Shown piece after piece: positions 11,490 through 22,067 of a stretch of 64,000 nucleotides of DNA. The DNA comes from an uncultured delta proteobacterium (GTDB lineage Bacteria > Desulfobacterota > Binatia > HRBIN30 > BPIQ01): NCBI GenBank assembly GCA_963761335.1, contig CAVXGR010000016.1:1-64000 (forward strand). Reading direction: 5' to 3'. Both the position numbers and the translations under genes were made by a program. The notes under the pieces are model-generated. The model saw only the letters and a program-made list of their open reading frames with translations. It was not told the DNA's origin and made no database searches. The number at the start of each line of letters is the position of its first letter. Positions within the stretch are counted from its first letter, which is position 1.

Positions 11490-13676
11490 TCAGGGACTGA
11501 CGACCTCGAGGCCGGCGAGACGCAGGACCAGCTTTTTCAGTCCGCCGCGGCTGAACTGCACCAGGGCCTTGGCGCCGTCTCCGTTGCCCTCGAGGGCGCG
11601 GACGACGCCGATGCCGAACTGCTGGTGGCGGACCTGAGTGCCGATGCGCAGGCCGTTGACGGTTCGGGTCTGTAGCGGCGGCGCCGGCCGGCGTGCCGGC
11701 GACCACTGCGGGCGCGGCACCTGCGAGTAGGAGTAGTCGACGTGTACCTCGTCGTCGTCCTCGTCGCGGCGGGCTGCGGCTTCAACGCGCAGTAGCGCCG
11801 AATCGATCTCGCCGAGGAATCGCGACGGCGAGGCGTCCTGCCAGCGCCCGTAGAGCATGCGTCGCTGGGCGTTCACCAGCACCAGTGACTCGCGGGCGCG
11901 GGTCATCCCCACGTAACAGAGTCGCCTCTCCTCCTCGATCTCGTCCGCATCCGCGGCGGAGCGCTCGTGGGGAAACAGTCCCTCCTCCATGCCGATGATG
12001 AAGACCACCGGGAACTCCAGCCCCTTGGAGTTGTGCAGGGTCATCAGGGTCAGCCGGTCCGTCGACTCGGCGAGCGAGTCGACGTCGGCCACCAGCGAGA
12101 CTTGCTCCAGGAAGGCGGGCAAGCCGCCGCCGCTGCCGGCGTCGAACTCGGAGGTCACGGTGAGGAGCTCGCGCACGTTGTCGGCGCGGGAGGTGCCCTC
12201 GGGAGTGCCGTCCTCGAGGCGTCCCAGATAGCCGGTCTCGTCGATCACGGCCTGTAGAAGCGGTGTGACGCCGCCATCGGCACGGGTGCGCAGCCGCCGC
12301 ATGAGCGCGCCGAAGTCGCTGACCCGGCGACCGAGGGTGACCGAGAGGCCGGCGGACACGGGATCGCTCAGCAGATCGAAGAGAGGCGTATTCCCGCTGG
12401 CGGTGGCGGTGACCAGAGCGTCGGCCGTGGTGCGGCCGATGCCGCGCGGCGGCGTGTTGATGATGCGCAGCAGACTGATCTGGTCGAGTGGATTGGCGAT
12501 GGCACGCAGATAGGCGAGAAGGTCGCGAATCTCCTTGCGGTCATAGAACTTGGTGGCGCCGATGATGGCGTAGGGCAGGCCGGCACGGACCAGCTCGTCC
12601 TCGACGGCACGCGACTGCGCATTGGTCCGGTAGAACACGGCGATGTCGCCGAGCTTGCGGCCGCCGCCGCGGAGCTTTTCGATGCTGCGCGTCACGTAGC
12701 GCGCCTCGTCGCGCTCGTCGGCGGCGGTGTAGAGCCGTACCGGCTCGCCGCGCCCGTTCTCGGTCCACAGGGTCTTGCCCTTGCGCCCGCGGTTGCGGGC
12801 GATCAGACCGCCGGCGGCGTCGAGGATGACCTGGGTGGAGCGGTAGTTCTGCTCGAGGCGAATGGTGCGGGTGCCGGGAAAGTCGCGCTCGAAGTTGAGA
12901 ATGTTGCCGATGTCGGCACCCCTCCAGCGGTAGATCGATTGATCGTCGTCGCCGACGACGCAGAGGTTGCCGTGCCCGGAGGCGAGGAGCCGGAGAAGGC
13001 TGTACTGGGCGCGATTGGTGTCCTGGTACTCGTCGACCAGTAGATAGCGGAAACGCTGCTGATACCGTTCCCGCAGCTCCGTGTCGGTCTGCAGGAGCTG
13101 GAGGGGGAGGAGGAGCAGGTCGCCGAAATCGACGGCGTTGTATTCCTCGAGCTTCTTTTGGTAGCGCGCGTAGACCTCGGCGGTGCGCGAGCTGATCGGG
13201 TCCCACGGCGTCTTCGGCAGCTCGCTCGGGCCCAGCCCCTCGTTCTTGGCGCGATCGATACCGGCGCGCAGACGCGGAGCGGGATAGAGCTCCTCACTCA
13301 GGTTCAGCTCGGAAGCAATCTTCCGGATCAGCGACAGCTGATCGGCGTCGTCGTAGATGGTGAAGTCGCGGCCGCGGCCGAGGCGCTGCATCTCGGCGCG
13401 CAGCAGGCGGGCGCAGACCGCGTGAAAGGTCGCTAGCCACATGCCCCGGGCACCGCTTCCGAGTGTGCGCTCGACGCGCTCGCGCATCTCTCGCGCCGCC
13501 TTGTTGGTGAAGGTCACGGCGAGGATGGCCCCGGGGTCGACGCCGCAATCGCGGATGAGGTGGGCGATGCGCTCGGTGAGCACGCGCGTCTTGCCGCTGC
13601 CGGCGCCGGCGAGGACGAGCAGCGGCCCCTCGCTGTGCAGCACGGCTTCGCGTTGTTGAGGATTGAGTTGAATCAT
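11490..13676 (-). CDS. pcrA: ATP-dependent DNA helicase PcrA/UvrD
   Basis: AGAGSGKT, TFTNKAA, VDEYQD, GDDDQSIY, QNYRS, KGLEFP, C-terminal Tudor-like tail. Confidence 0.96.
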   Translation of the reverse strand: MIQLNPQQREAVLHSEGPLLVLAGAGSGKTRVLTERIAHLIRDCGVDPGAILAVTFTNKAAREMRERVERTLGSGARGMWLATFHAVCARLLRAEMQRLGRGRDFTIYDDADQLSLIRKIASELNLSEELYPAPRLRAGIDRAKNEGLGPSELPKTPWDPISSRTAEVYARYQKKLEEYNAVDFGDLLLLPLQLLQTDTELRERYQQRFRYLLVDEYQDTNRAQYSLLRLLASGHGNLCVVGDDDQSIYRWRGADIGNILNFERDFPGTRTIRLEQNYRSTQVILDAAGGLIARNRGRKGKTLWTENGRGEPVRLYTAADERDEARYVTRSIEKLRGGGRKLGDIAVFYRTNAQSRAVEDELVRAGLPYAIIGATKFYDRKEIRDLLAYLRAIANPLDQISLLRIINTPPRGIGRTTADALVTATASGNTPLFDLLSDPVSAGLSVTLGRRVSDFGALMRRLRTRADGGVTPLLQAVIDETGYLGRLEDGTPEGTSRADNVRELLTVTSEFDAGSGGGLPAFLEQVSLVADVDSLAESTDRLTLMTLHNSKGLEFPVVFIIGMEEGLFPHERSAADADEIEEERRLCYVGMTRARESLVLVNAQRRMLYGRWQDASPSRFLGEIDSALLRVEAAARRDEDDDEVHVDYSYSQVPRPQWSPARRPAPPLQTRTVNGLRIGTQVRHQQFGIGVVRALEGNGDGAKALVQFSRGGLKKLVLRLAGLEVVSP

Positions 13677-13723
13677 AGGCGGACAGGGAATCTAACCGCC
13701 GCTTCTCGGAAAAGAAAGGTGCC

Positions 13724-13909
13724 GGGGTAGCCCGGTGGCTCGGTTTCTCGGTTGTCGAGCTGTCGGGTTGGACCTTGGGTTGGATGGATGTCGGCGCGGC
13801 TTCCCCCCGACAACACGAACCCCGACAACCCGATAACCCGATAACCCAGCAACTCGATAACCGAGAAACCGAGCCACGGAGCCACCGAGAAACCGAGCCA
13901 CCGAGCCAC
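13724..13909. repeat. Octamer-period inverted repeat element
   Basis: ccggtggc-tcggtttc-tcggttgt... followed by about a dozen complementary octamers (ccgataac, cgagaaac, cgagccac). Confidence 0.85.
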
Positions 13910-13937
13910 ATCCCACACTCCATGGTACTCTGCGCGC

Positions 13938-14540
13938 ATGGCCTATGAGAGGAAGGACGCGTTCTATCGCCGCGCCAAGTCGGTCGGGTACCGCTCGCGG
14001 GCGGCCTACAAGCTCGCCGAGATGGTGCAACGCGAGCGCCTGATCCGCCGCGGCGACCGCGTCGTCGATCTAGGTGCGTGGCCGGGCGGCTGGATGCAGG
14101 TCGCCGCCGAGGCCGTAGGTCCCGAGGGGCGCGTGGTGGGCGTCGATCTGGTGGAGATCACGCCGCTGGCGCAGGTCTGGGCACGCACGGTTTTTGGCGA
14201 TGTTGCGGACGAAAATGTACAAGGACGCGCCCTCGAGCTCCTCGGCGGGCAGGCCGACGTTCTGCTCTCCGACATGGCTCCGAAGCTGAGCGGTGTGCGT
14301 GCTCGCGACGAGGCGCGCGCGGCCGAGCTGGTGCACCTGGCCCTGGGCGCGGCGGTGCGCCTTTTGCGCCCGGGCGGCAGGATGCTGTTGAAGGTCTTCA
14401 CCGGGAGCGACAGCGGCGACCTCCTCCGCGGGATCGCGGCGCGCTTCGACAAAGTTCGGATGACCCGACCCGAAGCGACACGAAAAGGATCATCCGAGCT
14501 GTACGCTGTCACCGCCGGATATCGTCCCGCCCCCCCGTGA
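13938..14540 (+). CDS. rlmE: 23S rRNA 2'-O-methyltransferase RlmE/FtsJ
   Basis: GYRSRAAYKL, VVDLGAWPGGW, SDMAP, SSELY. Confidence 0.93.
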   Translation: MAYERKDAFYRRAKSVGYRSRAAYKLAEMVQRERLIRRGDRVVDLGAWPGGWMQVAAEAVGPEGRVVGVDLVEITPLAQVWARTVFGDVADENVQGRALELLGGQADVLLSDMAPKLSGVRARDEARAAELVHLALGAAVRLLRPGGRMLLKVFTGSDSGDLLRGIAARFDKVRMTRPEATRKGSSELYAVTAGYRPAPP

Positions 14541-14654
14541 GGCTTGCTGCCGCGGGACCTTTTGTGCCGCCGCCACCTTGGTCCGGTTCTCGCATGCGGT
14601 GTTGCGTAGGAGGTACCCAGAAGTTGCGAGCTAACATGCGGAAGCATTTGACGT

Positions 14655-14683
14655 TTGACAAGGTGGCGGTTTGCGCCGATAAT
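14655..14683 (+). promoter_or_regulatory. sigma70-type promoter for pilMNOPQ
   Basis: TTGACA-N17-GATAAT ~60 bp upstream of pilM. Confidence 0.75.
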
Positions 14684-14742
14684 TTTGGCGGGCTGTTGCC
14701 TTGTTCAATGGACAGGGGGGCGGGCGGTTGCCCGTTTAGGGG

Positions 14743-15861
14743 ATGGCTGTAGCGGCAGAGTGGAGAAAGCGGTTGGGGCGGCTGTTCACCGTCTCCCTCT
14801 CGGACCTAAACCCCTTGAAGGGCGATGAGGCGTACCTCGCCGTGGACATCGGCTCCGCTTCGGTGAAACTTCTGGAAGTTCGTGGCGCCGGCCCGTCGCT
14901 GCGCATCACCGCCTTCGGAGCGCTGCCCACGCCGGCCGGGGCCGTGCAGAGCAACATGGTGTACGAGCCCGAGTCGGTGGCCGAGCTGCTGCGCGCCCTG
15001 ATCGAGAGCAAGCACATGCGCGCCCGGAAGGTCATCACTGCGGTGCCGGGTCCGGCCGTGATCATCAAACGCATGACGCTGCCGGCGCAGTCGCCGCGGG
15101 AGATCGAGAACACCATCCTCTTCGAGGCCGGCAACTTCATCCCCGAGGACCTGGAGAACGTGAATCTGGACTACCAGATCACGGACTACCTCGACGACGG
15201 CAAGCGCATGGAGGTCCTTCTGGTCGCCGCCAAGCGGGACATCGTGTCGAGCTACACCGACACCTTCCGCGCCGCGGGTCTGCAGCCGGCGGTCATCGAC
15301 GTCGACTACTTCGCCCTCGAGAACATGTACGAGCAGAACTACGATCCCAATCCCGACCAGGTGATCGCGCTGGTGAACATCGGGGCTCGATATTCCTCGA
15401 TCAACATCCTCAAGGGCGGCCGCTCGACGTTCACCGGCGATGTGCCCGTGGGCGGGCGCGACGTCACCGAGTCGCTGATGCGCGAGCTCAGCATCAGCTT
15501 GGAGGACGCGGAGACGGTGAAGTCCGGAGGCTCGCTTCAGAAGGTTTCTGCCGAGCAGGCCGAGGGCGTGCTCGCCTCGGCCACCGACGGGCTCATCGAG
15601 GAGATTCACCACGCCCTCGGCTTCTTCTGGACGGCGGCCACCGATGAGGCGATCAACAGCGTCTATCTGAGTGGCGGCTCGGTGCGCATGACGGCCCTGG
15701 CCGAGTCGCTGAGCCGTCGGCTCGAAGTACCGGTGCAGGTGGCCGATCCGCTGGCCCGGGTCAATGTGGACCGGCAGGCAGACACTCCCGCTCTGAGACA
15801 AAATGCGCCAGCCCTGGCGGTTGCAGTCGGACTCGCGGTCCGACGTCCGGACGACAAATGA
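14743..15861 (+). CDS. pilM: Type IV pilus assembly protein PilM
   Basis: DIGSASVKL actin-like motif, VLLVAAK, YLSGG, AVGLA; first gene of pilMNOPQ. Confidence 0.95.
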   Translation: MAVAAEWRKRLGRLFTVSLSDLNPLKGDEAYLAVDIGSASVKLLEVRGAGPSLRITAFGALPTPAGAVQSNMVYEPESVAELLRALIESKHMRARKVITAVPGPAVIIKRMTLPAQSPREIENTILFEAGNFIPEDLENVNLDYQITDYLDDGKRMEVLLVAAKRDIVSSYTDTFRAAGLQPAVIDVDYFALENMYEQNYDPNPDQVIALVNIGARYSSINILKGGRSTFTGDVPVGGRDVTESLMRELSISLEDAETVKSGGSLQKVSAEQAEGVLASATDGLIEEIHHALGFFWTAATDEAINSVYLSGGSVRMTALAESLSRRLEVPVQVADPLARVNVDRQADTPALRQNAPALAVAVGLAVRRPDDK

Positions 15862-16505
15862 TTCGCATCAATCTATTGCCCCTAAAGGAGAGCGAGCAGT
15901 CGGTCCGTCGACGGCAGCAGGTATCGATGGCGGCCCTTGCCGTCAGTCTGACGCTGCTGTTGATGGTCGTTGTCTACGCCTATCAGAAACGAACCCTGCG
16001 GCACCTGGAGGATCAATCCGCTGCTCTCAGCGCCGAGATCGCCAAGTACGACGCGCAGACCAAAGAGGCGCGCGATCTCGAGACCATGCGGCACGAGCTG
16101 CAGAGCAAGCTCAAGGTGATCAACGATCTCGATGAGAAGCGTGTCGGACCGGCGCACATGCTCGCCGATCTGAGCGTCGCGGTGCCGGAAAAGCTCTGGC
16201 TCGAGGATTTCTCCGAATCCCACAACGTGGTCACCATCACCGGCTGGGCCCTCGACAACCAGACGGTGGCCGCATTCATGCGGCAGCTGGAAGCCTCGCC
16301 GTACTTCTACAAGGTGGATCTGGCGGAGGCGACGCAGCCCGACCAGCCCTCACCGCAGGCGCAGTCGCTGTCCGGAGTGGGCGGCCTCCATCTGAAACGC
16401 TTCGTCCTCAAGGCCTCGGTCGACTACTTCGGCCGCGGCGGGCTGATGCCGCAGAATACGGATACGCCGGGCAAGCCGGCGCTGCAGCAGGAGGCGCGAA
16501 AGTGA
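15858..16505 (+). CDS. pilN: Type IV pilus assembly protein PilN
   Basis: MIRINLLP start, TM helix, coiled coil. Confidence 0.95.
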   Translation: MIRINLLPLKESEQSVRRRQQVSMAALAVSLTLLLMVVVYAYQKRTLRHLEDQSAALSAEIAKYDAQTKEARDLETMRHELQSKLKVINDLDEKRVGPAHMLADLSVAVPEKLWLEDFSESHNVVTITGWALDNQTVAAFMRQLEASPYFYKVDLAEATQPDQPSPQAQSLSGVGGLHLKRFVLKASVDYFGRGGLMPQNTDTPGKPALQQEARK

Positions 16506-17116
16506 ACCAGCTCATCGATCGTTTTTTCGACCTTCCGGGGCGCCAGCGGGTCATGCTCCTGGGGGCCACCGTGCTCGCCGTGTTCTTCATCTACTTCACC
16601 TACTTCTACATTCCGCTGAGCGGCGAGATCAACGTCAAGCAGGAAGAGGTGGCCGGCCTGCAACACGATCGCGACCGCAAGAAGCAGCTGGCCGCCAACC
16701 TCGACGAGATGCGCAAGCAGGTCGCCGATCTCGGCGCCGAGCTGAAGCGCGCCACGGCGCAGCTTCCCAACAGCAAGGAGATCCCCGATCTGCTGAGCAA
16801 CATCTCCTCACTGGGGCGCGAGGCGGGGCTGGACATTCTGGTCTTCCGCCAAGGCGAGGAGCAGTTTCAGGAGTTCTACGCCGCGGTCCCGGTCGAGGTG
16901 CGGGTCAAGGGCACCTACCACCAGGTTGGCACTTTCTTCGACAAGGTCGGCCGGCTGGACCGCATCGTCAACGTCGACGAGATCACCATGAAGCAGCCGC
17001 AGGTCGACGGGGGAACGGTGGAGATCGGCACGTCTTGCACGGCCACCACCTTCCGCTTCCTCGACGAAGCCGAGCGGGCGCGGCTGGCCAAGGAGCGCGA
17101 GGAGAAGAAGAGATGA
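16502..17116 (+). CDS. pilO: Type IV pilus assembly protein PilO
   Basis: TM + coiled coil, LPNSKEIPDLL, GTYHQVGTFF, LDRIVNV. Confidence 0.95.
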   Translation: MNQLIDRFFDLPGRQRVMLLGATVLAVFFIYFTYFYIPLSGEINVKQEEVAGLQHDRDRKKQLAANLDEMRKQVADLGAELKRATAQLPNSKEIPDLLSNISSLGREAGLDILVFRQGEEQFQEFYAAVPVEVRVKGTYHQVGTFFDKVGRLDRIVNVDEITMKQPQVDGGTVEIGTSCTATTFRFLDEAERARLAKEREEKKR

Positions 17117-17637
17117 GCTGGCGCAGTATGTTCGCAATTGGCGTGGGGGCGCTTGCCTGGGCCGGGGTGGCCGCGGCGGCGCTGCCTGCCGCGGAGAACG
17201 CCGTTCCCGCGGTCCCGGGGACCGCTGCCAGCGGCGAGACCGCGGCTCCGCCGCAGACGGATCCCTACGTCGGCATCGGCAAACGCGATCCGTTTCGCCC
17301 CTTTACCCTCGATCTGCCGGAATTCCATACGCAAACCGAGCCGCTCACGCCCCTGCAGAAGTTCGAGCTGGGGCAGCTCAAGCTCGCCGGAACGGTGCTC
17401 GGAATCGCCCCGGCCGCGGCCATGGTCGAGGACAGCAGCGGCATGGGCTACATCGTCACCGTGGGCACGCCGATCGGCCGCAACGACGGCGTGGTCACCA
17501 AGATCGAGACGGGGAAGATTGTGGTGGAGGAGCGCGGGTTTGACTTTTACGGGCAAGAGCACTTGAACACCGTTGTCTTAGCGGTGCCTTCCGATGACGG
17601 AGGCGAGGGGCAGTCGGAGAAGAAGACGCGGGAGTGA
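17113..17637 (+). CDS. pilP: Type IV pilus assembly protein PilP
   Basis: KRDPFRP, PLQKFELGQLKLAG, AMVED..GYIV..G..IGRN; operon position. Confidence 0.9.
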   Translation: MSWRSMFAIGVGALAWAGVAAAALPAAENAVPAVPGTAASGETAAPPQTDPYVGIGKRDPFRPFTLDLPEFHTQTEPLTPLQKFELGQLKLAGTVLGIAPAAAMVEDSSGMGYIVTVGTPIGRNDGVVTKIETGKIVVEERGFDFYGQEHLNTVVLAVPSDDGGEGQSEKKTRE

Positions 17638-19730
17638 AGATGAAGCGATGGGATGGTTGGGGAAGGGTATTCGCTGCACTTGGTCTGCTCGCAATATTCG
17701 CTAGCTGCGCGCGGCCGCCGGCACCGATGCCACCGGCGCCGCCGCCGGCGGCCGCCGCGGATTCACCCGCGCCTCTGACGGAGACGGTCATGTCTCCCGG
17801 GGAGCCGGCGAGCGGGCCGCTCGACGTTCGCGAAATCCGGGTGGTGGAGGACAACGGGCAGCAGGGCGTCTTCATCAAGCTCTCCCGCCCGCCGACGGCG
17901 GTGAACCATTTCACCCTCGACCGGCCCTCACGTCTGATCCTCGACCTCGATGGGCCCGCGGCCGCCCAGGCGACCCCGCACAAGCTCCCCGTGAACAACC
18001 CCGTCATCGAGTCGATCCGTATCGGCGGCGCCAAGGACAAGACCCGCATCGTCCTCCAGCTGCACGGCGGTGAGGTTCCGTCGTACACGGTGGACGCTCT
18101 GCGCGACACGGTGGTTGTCTTCGTCGGCGAGCCCGGAGGCGGCAAGCAGCCGGTGCGCGAGCAGGTGGTCTTCAGCCACAGCGCCACAGAGCCTGGCTCC
18201 GCGGAGGTCCGGGTGGCCAGCGATTCCCCGACGGGCGCCAAGCCCGGCGCCGCCAGGCCCGGCGCCGCCGAGGTCGAAGCCGCCGACGAGGGAGCCCAAC
18301 TTCGACAGCGCGCCTATACCGGGCAGCACATCTCCCTCGATTTCAAGGACGCGGACGTGCACAACGTCCTGCGTCTGCTCGCCGAGGTCAGCAAGCTCAA
18401 CATTGTCGCCACCGACGACGTCAGCGGCAAGCTGACCCTGAAGCTGTTCGACGTTCCCTGGGACCAGGCGCTCGACATCGTCCTGCAGGCGCTCAACCTG
18501 GAGAGCGTGCAGGAAGGCAACGTGTTGCGTATCTCCACGGTGCGCCGGCTGAAGGAGGCGCGCGAGGAGCTGCGCCGGGCGCAGGACGCGGCGAAGGCGA
18601 TCGAGCCCTTGCGGGTCTCCTACATTCACGTGAACTACGCCAAGGCGGCGACTCTGGGTCAGCTCATCAACGGCTCCCAGCAAGCCTCTTCGGGGAGCGG
18701 CTTCGGCGGCGGCCGTCGCAGCGAAGAAGCCGAGGATGGAGTGCTCACCGCCCGCGGCAGCGTCATGACCGACGAGTTCACCAACACCCTGATCGTGCGC
18801 GACATCCAGCGCGGAATCGACAACGCCCGCGAGCTGGTCCGCCGGCTCGATGTGCAGACGCCGCAGGTGCTCATCGAGTCGAGCATCGTCGAGGCGACCA
18901 CCGACTTCGCCCGCGACCTCGGCATCCAATGGGGGTACAACGCCAACATCGGACCGCAGACCGGCAACACCACCGGGGTGAATTTCCCCGGCTCGGTCGG
19001 CGTCGGCGGCTCCGGCCTCGGCAGCGGCTCCGGCAATGTGCCGTTCCTGGTCGATTTTCCCGCAGCCGGCCAATTCGGGCCGGGCTCCGGCGGCGCTCTC
19101 GATCTGCTGCTGGGCTCCGTCGACGGCAGCCAGATGCTCAACGCGCGCCTCAGCGCCCTCGAGCAACGCGGCAAGGGCAAGGTCATCTCGCGGCCGCGGG
19201 TAGTTACCCTCAACAACGTCCCGGCAACCATCAAGAGCCTGACGATCATCCGCGTCAAGCTGCCGTCGACCGGCACGGTGATCAACACCGGCGCCGGGGG
19301 GGCCGCCGGCGGCCAGTCGGTGGCGACCGAGAAGATCGAGACCGGTATCATCCTCACCGTCACACCGCTGGTCTCCTCAGACGGCTTCGTCCTTCTCGAT
19401 CTGTCGGCGAAGTCGAGCCAGGCGGATTTCACCCGCACTGTCGACCAGATCCCGACAGAGATCAGTCGCGAGGCCAACTCGCACATCCTGGTCAAGGACG
19501 GGCAGACCGTGGTGCTGGGCGGCATCTACCGCGACACGCAGAGCGACAATCTCAACGGTATTCCCTATCTGAGCAGCATCCCGGGCCTGGGGTGGCTCTT
19601 CCGCAGCAAGGCGAAGAGCGATCGGCGCGAGGACCTTCTCGTCTTCCTCACCCCCCGCATTCTCGGCGCTCCGATGCGCGGTCTGCCGACGAGCCACGAG
19701 CTGTGGATGAACCGGGGGACATCCGGCTGA
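17634..19730 (+). CDS. pilQ: Type IV pilus secretin PilQ
   Basis: AMIN-like N-terminus, ISLDFKDAD, VPWDQALD, QVLIESSIVE, IPGLGWLF, LLVFLTPRI. Confidence 0.96.
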   Translation: MKMKRWDGWGRVFAALGLLAIFASCARPPAPMPPAPPPAAAADSPAPLTETVMSPGEPASGPLDVREIRVVEDNGQQGVFIKLSRPPTAVNHFTLDRPSRLILDLDGPAAAQATPHKLPVNNPVIESIRIGGAKDKTRIVLQLHGGEVPSYTVDALRDTVVVFVGEPGGGKQPVREQVVFSHSATEPGSAEVRVASDSPTGAKPGAARPGAAEVEAADEGAQLRQRAYTGQHISLDFKDADVHNVLRLLAEVSKLNIVATDDVSGKLTLKLFDVPWDQALDIVLQALNLESVQEGNVLRISTVRRLKEAREELRRAQDAAKAIEPLRVSYIHVNYAKAATLGQLINGSQQASSGSGFGGGRRSEEAEDGVLTARGSVMTDEFTNTLIVRDIQRGIDNARELVRRLDVQTPQVLIESSIVEATTDFARDLGIQWGYNANIGPQTGNTTGVNFPGSVGVGGSGLGSGSGNVPFLVDFPAAGQFGPGSGGALDLLLGSVDGSQMLNARLSALEQRGKGKVISRPRVVTLNNVPATIKSLTIIRVKLPSTGTVINTGAGGAAGGQSVATEKIETGIILTVTPLVSSDGFVLLDLSAKSSQADFTRTVDQIPTEISREANSHILVKDGQTVVLGGIYRDTQSDNLNGIPYLSSIPGLGWLFRSKAKSDRREDLLVFLTPRILGAPMRGLPTSHELWMNRGTSG

Positions 19731-19773
19731 GGCGCTGGGCATTCGTGAAGCCGTGCCGCCCGCGCATGGGGCC

Positions 19774-20298
19774 ATGGCGGGGTTGGTGATCCTGACGGGT
19801 TTTATGGGTACGGGGAAGACGGCGGTGGGCAAAAGGCTGGCGGCGCGCCTGGGCCGTCGCTTCGTCGATACCGACGCCATGATCGAAGCTCGAGAGCAGC
19901 GCTCGGTGGCGCAGATCTTCGCCGCCGAGGGCGAGGCCTACTTTCGCGCCCGCGAGCGCGAGGTGGTCGCCGAGGTCGCCGGCATGCGCGACGCCGTGGT
20001 GGCCACCGGCGGCGGCACCATCGTCGACGACGAGAACTTTCGCATCCTCGCCGCGGCCGGTACGCTCATCTGCCTGACCGCCGACGCCAGCACCATCCTG
20101 GCGCGCACCGGCGGGCGCGGGCGCCCGCTGCTCGCCGGCGAGGATCGCGCCGAACTAGTTCGCCGGTTGCTCGCCTCCCGCGCCCCCACATATGGCCGCG
20201 TGGAGCACACTATCGACACCTCCGGAAAATCGGTCGAGCAGGTGGTGCTGCGGATCCGCGACCTGCTGCGCGACGACGCGCCTCCGGGAGAGCCGTAA
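19774..20298 (+). CDS. aroK: Shikimate kinase
   Basis: GFMGTGKT, DTD, GEAYFR, ATGGG, RPLL. Confidence 0.95.
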   Translation: MAGLVILTGFMGTGKTAVGKRLAARLGRRFVDTDAMIEAREQRSVAQIFAAEGEAYFRAREREVVAEVAGMRDAVVATGGGTIVDDENFRILAAAGTLICLTADASTILARTGGRGRPLLAGEDRAELVRRLLASRAPTYGRVEHTIDTSGKSVEQVVLRIRDLLRDDAPPGEP

Positions 20299-21374
20299 TG
20301 GAGCCGCTGCGGGTCGAGCTCGAGGAGCGCTCCTATTCGATCTTCGTCGGCCGCGGCAACCTTCCGGAGCTCGGCGAGCGCCTGCGCGGCCTGCAGCTGG
20401 ATCGACACACGGCGGTGGTCACCAACAGCGTCGTCGCGCCGCTGTACCTGCCGCAGGTGCAGGCCTCGCTGCGCGACTCAGGGTTCGATCTGGTCAGCAT
20501 CGAGCTTCCGGACGGCGAAGAGCACAAGAACCTCGCCTGGCTGACGCTGATCTACGATCGGCTGATCGAGGCGCGCCTGGAGAGGAACTCGCCGATCCTC
20601 GCATTGGGCGGCGGGGTGGTTGGGGACATGGCCGGATTTGCCGCGGCGACCTTCCTGCGCGGCGTTCCCTATGTGCAGCTGCCGACCACCCTGCTGGCGC
20701 AGGTCGACTCGAGCGTCGGCGGCAAGACCGGGGTGAATCACCCCTCCGGCAAGAACCTGATCGGCGCCTTCTATCAGCCGCGCTTCGTGCTTGCCGACGT
20801 GCACACCCTGCGGACGCTGCCGCGCCGCGAGTTCCTCGCCGGCCTCGCCGAGGTCATCAAGTACGGCGTGATTCTCGACCCCGAGCTCTTCGCTCTGCTG
20901 GAGCGCGAGCTGGGGAGAGTTCTGGCTCTCGACGAGGATCTGCTCATGCAGATCGTCCACAAGAGCTGCCTGCTGAAGGCCATGGTGGTCGGCGAGGACG
21001 AGCGCGAGAGCGGCTACCGCGCGATTTTGAACTTTGGGCACACCCTGGGTCACGCGGTGGAGACGCTCACCGAGTATCGGCGCTATCTCCACGGCGAATG
21101 CGTGGCGATCGGCATGGCATTTGCTGCCAAGCTGTCGGCGAGCCGGGGGTACTGTTCTCCGGAAGTCGCGGAGCGCGTTGCGCACCTGCTTCGCCGTGCG
21201 CGATTGCCGGTCGACGTGCCGAAGGACGTTGGTGGCCAGCCGTTAGCGTTGGCGATGAAGGCGGACAAGAAGATGACGAGCGGAAAGATCCGATTCGTGT
21301 GCATCGAGGACATTGGTCGGACGCGATTCGAGTACCTGAAAGCCGAAGAGATCGCGTCCTTGGCGGGGCGGTGA
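20298..21374 (+). CDS. aroB: 3-dehydroquinate synthase
   Basis: GGGVVGD, PTTLLAQVDSSVGGKTGVN, KNLIGAF, LNFGHTLGHA. Confidence 0.97.
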   Translation: MEPLRVELEERSYSIFVGRGNLPELGERLRGLQLDRHTAVVTNSVVAPLYLPQVQASLRDSGFDLVSIELPDGEEHKNLAWLTLIYDRLIEARLERNSPILALGGGVVGDMAGFAAATFLRGVPYVQLPTTLLAQVDSSVGGKTGVNHPSGKNLIGAFYQPRFVLADVHTLRTLPRREFLAGLAEVIKYGVILDPELFALLERELGRVLALDEDLLMQIVHKSCLLKAMVVGEDERESGYRAILNFGHTLGHAVETLTEYRRYLHGECVAIGMAFAAKLSASRGYCSPEVAERVAHLLRRARLPVDVPKDVGGQPLALAMKADKKMTSGKIRFVCIEDIGRTRFEYLKAEEIASLAGR

Positions 21375-21399
21375 ACGAGCAAAGGCGATGGAGGGAGAT

Positions 21400-22035
21400 A
21401 TGAGGCGGCTGTGCAGGGCGACGATGGCGGTGTTGATAGCGGCGGCGATGCTGCCCGCTTGTGGATCGACGGGGAATGAGAACGATCTCGTTCTGGAGTT
21501 CGTCAGCTGGGACGGCACGGGGCTGATGCAGCCAGATCCCGTATCTCCCGGGTCCGCGGACGTCGACATCGTTCAGGATTGTTGCGCCTTCGATCAGATG
21601 ACCGGCGACTGCACCAGCGTCGAGACGTTCACCGAGACCTCGGCCAACGCCATCTTCCGCAATCTGGAGAAGCTCGACATCACCCTCGACTCCTACGTGG
21701 TCGACATCCCCGACTCGGGCTTGGCGCCCTTTCCGGGCACACTCCGCCAAGTCGTCGATGGGATGCGCTGCTCCTCGGATGGGTCTCGTTCGTGCGCCTC
21801 GCCGGCCGACTGCGAGCTGGGCGACACCTGCAGCAGCTCGGAGACGACGATCAACGTGAAGCTGTTCACGATCAACGACAAGCTCCTCCTGCAGGGCAAT
21901 GCCGGCCTCTTCGGCAAGACCTACAATCTGTTCGTGACCTTCTTCGGCCACGATAGTGCCGACGAGCTGTGGCAGGTGACGGCGCCATATCAGGCGAGCT
22001 TCCGCGACTTCGACAACTGCGGGGCGAGCCAATGA
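21400..22035 (+). CDS. Cys-rich acidic lipoprotein of unknown function
   Basis: RBS ggaggg, lipobox LPAC, insert CSSDGSRSCASPADCELGDTC. Confidence 0.8.
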   Translation: MRRLCRATMAVLIAAAMLPACGSTGNENDLVLEFVSWDGTGLMQPDPVSPGSADVDIVQDCCAFDQMTGDCTSVETFTETSANAIFRNLEKLDITLDSYVVDIPDSGLAPFPGTLRQVVDGMRCSSDGSRSCASPADCELGDTCSSSETTINVKLFTINDKLLLQGNAGLFGKTYNLFVTFFGHDSADELWQVTAPYQASFRDFDNCGASQ

Positions 22036-22067
22036 CGCGGCTGAGTGGAGGAAACCAGGGGGCGAAG

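Noticed and set aside
13724..13909. Possible CRISPR array in the short tandem repeats
   Set aside because: Units are 8 bp with no unique spacers, and no cas genes are in the window.
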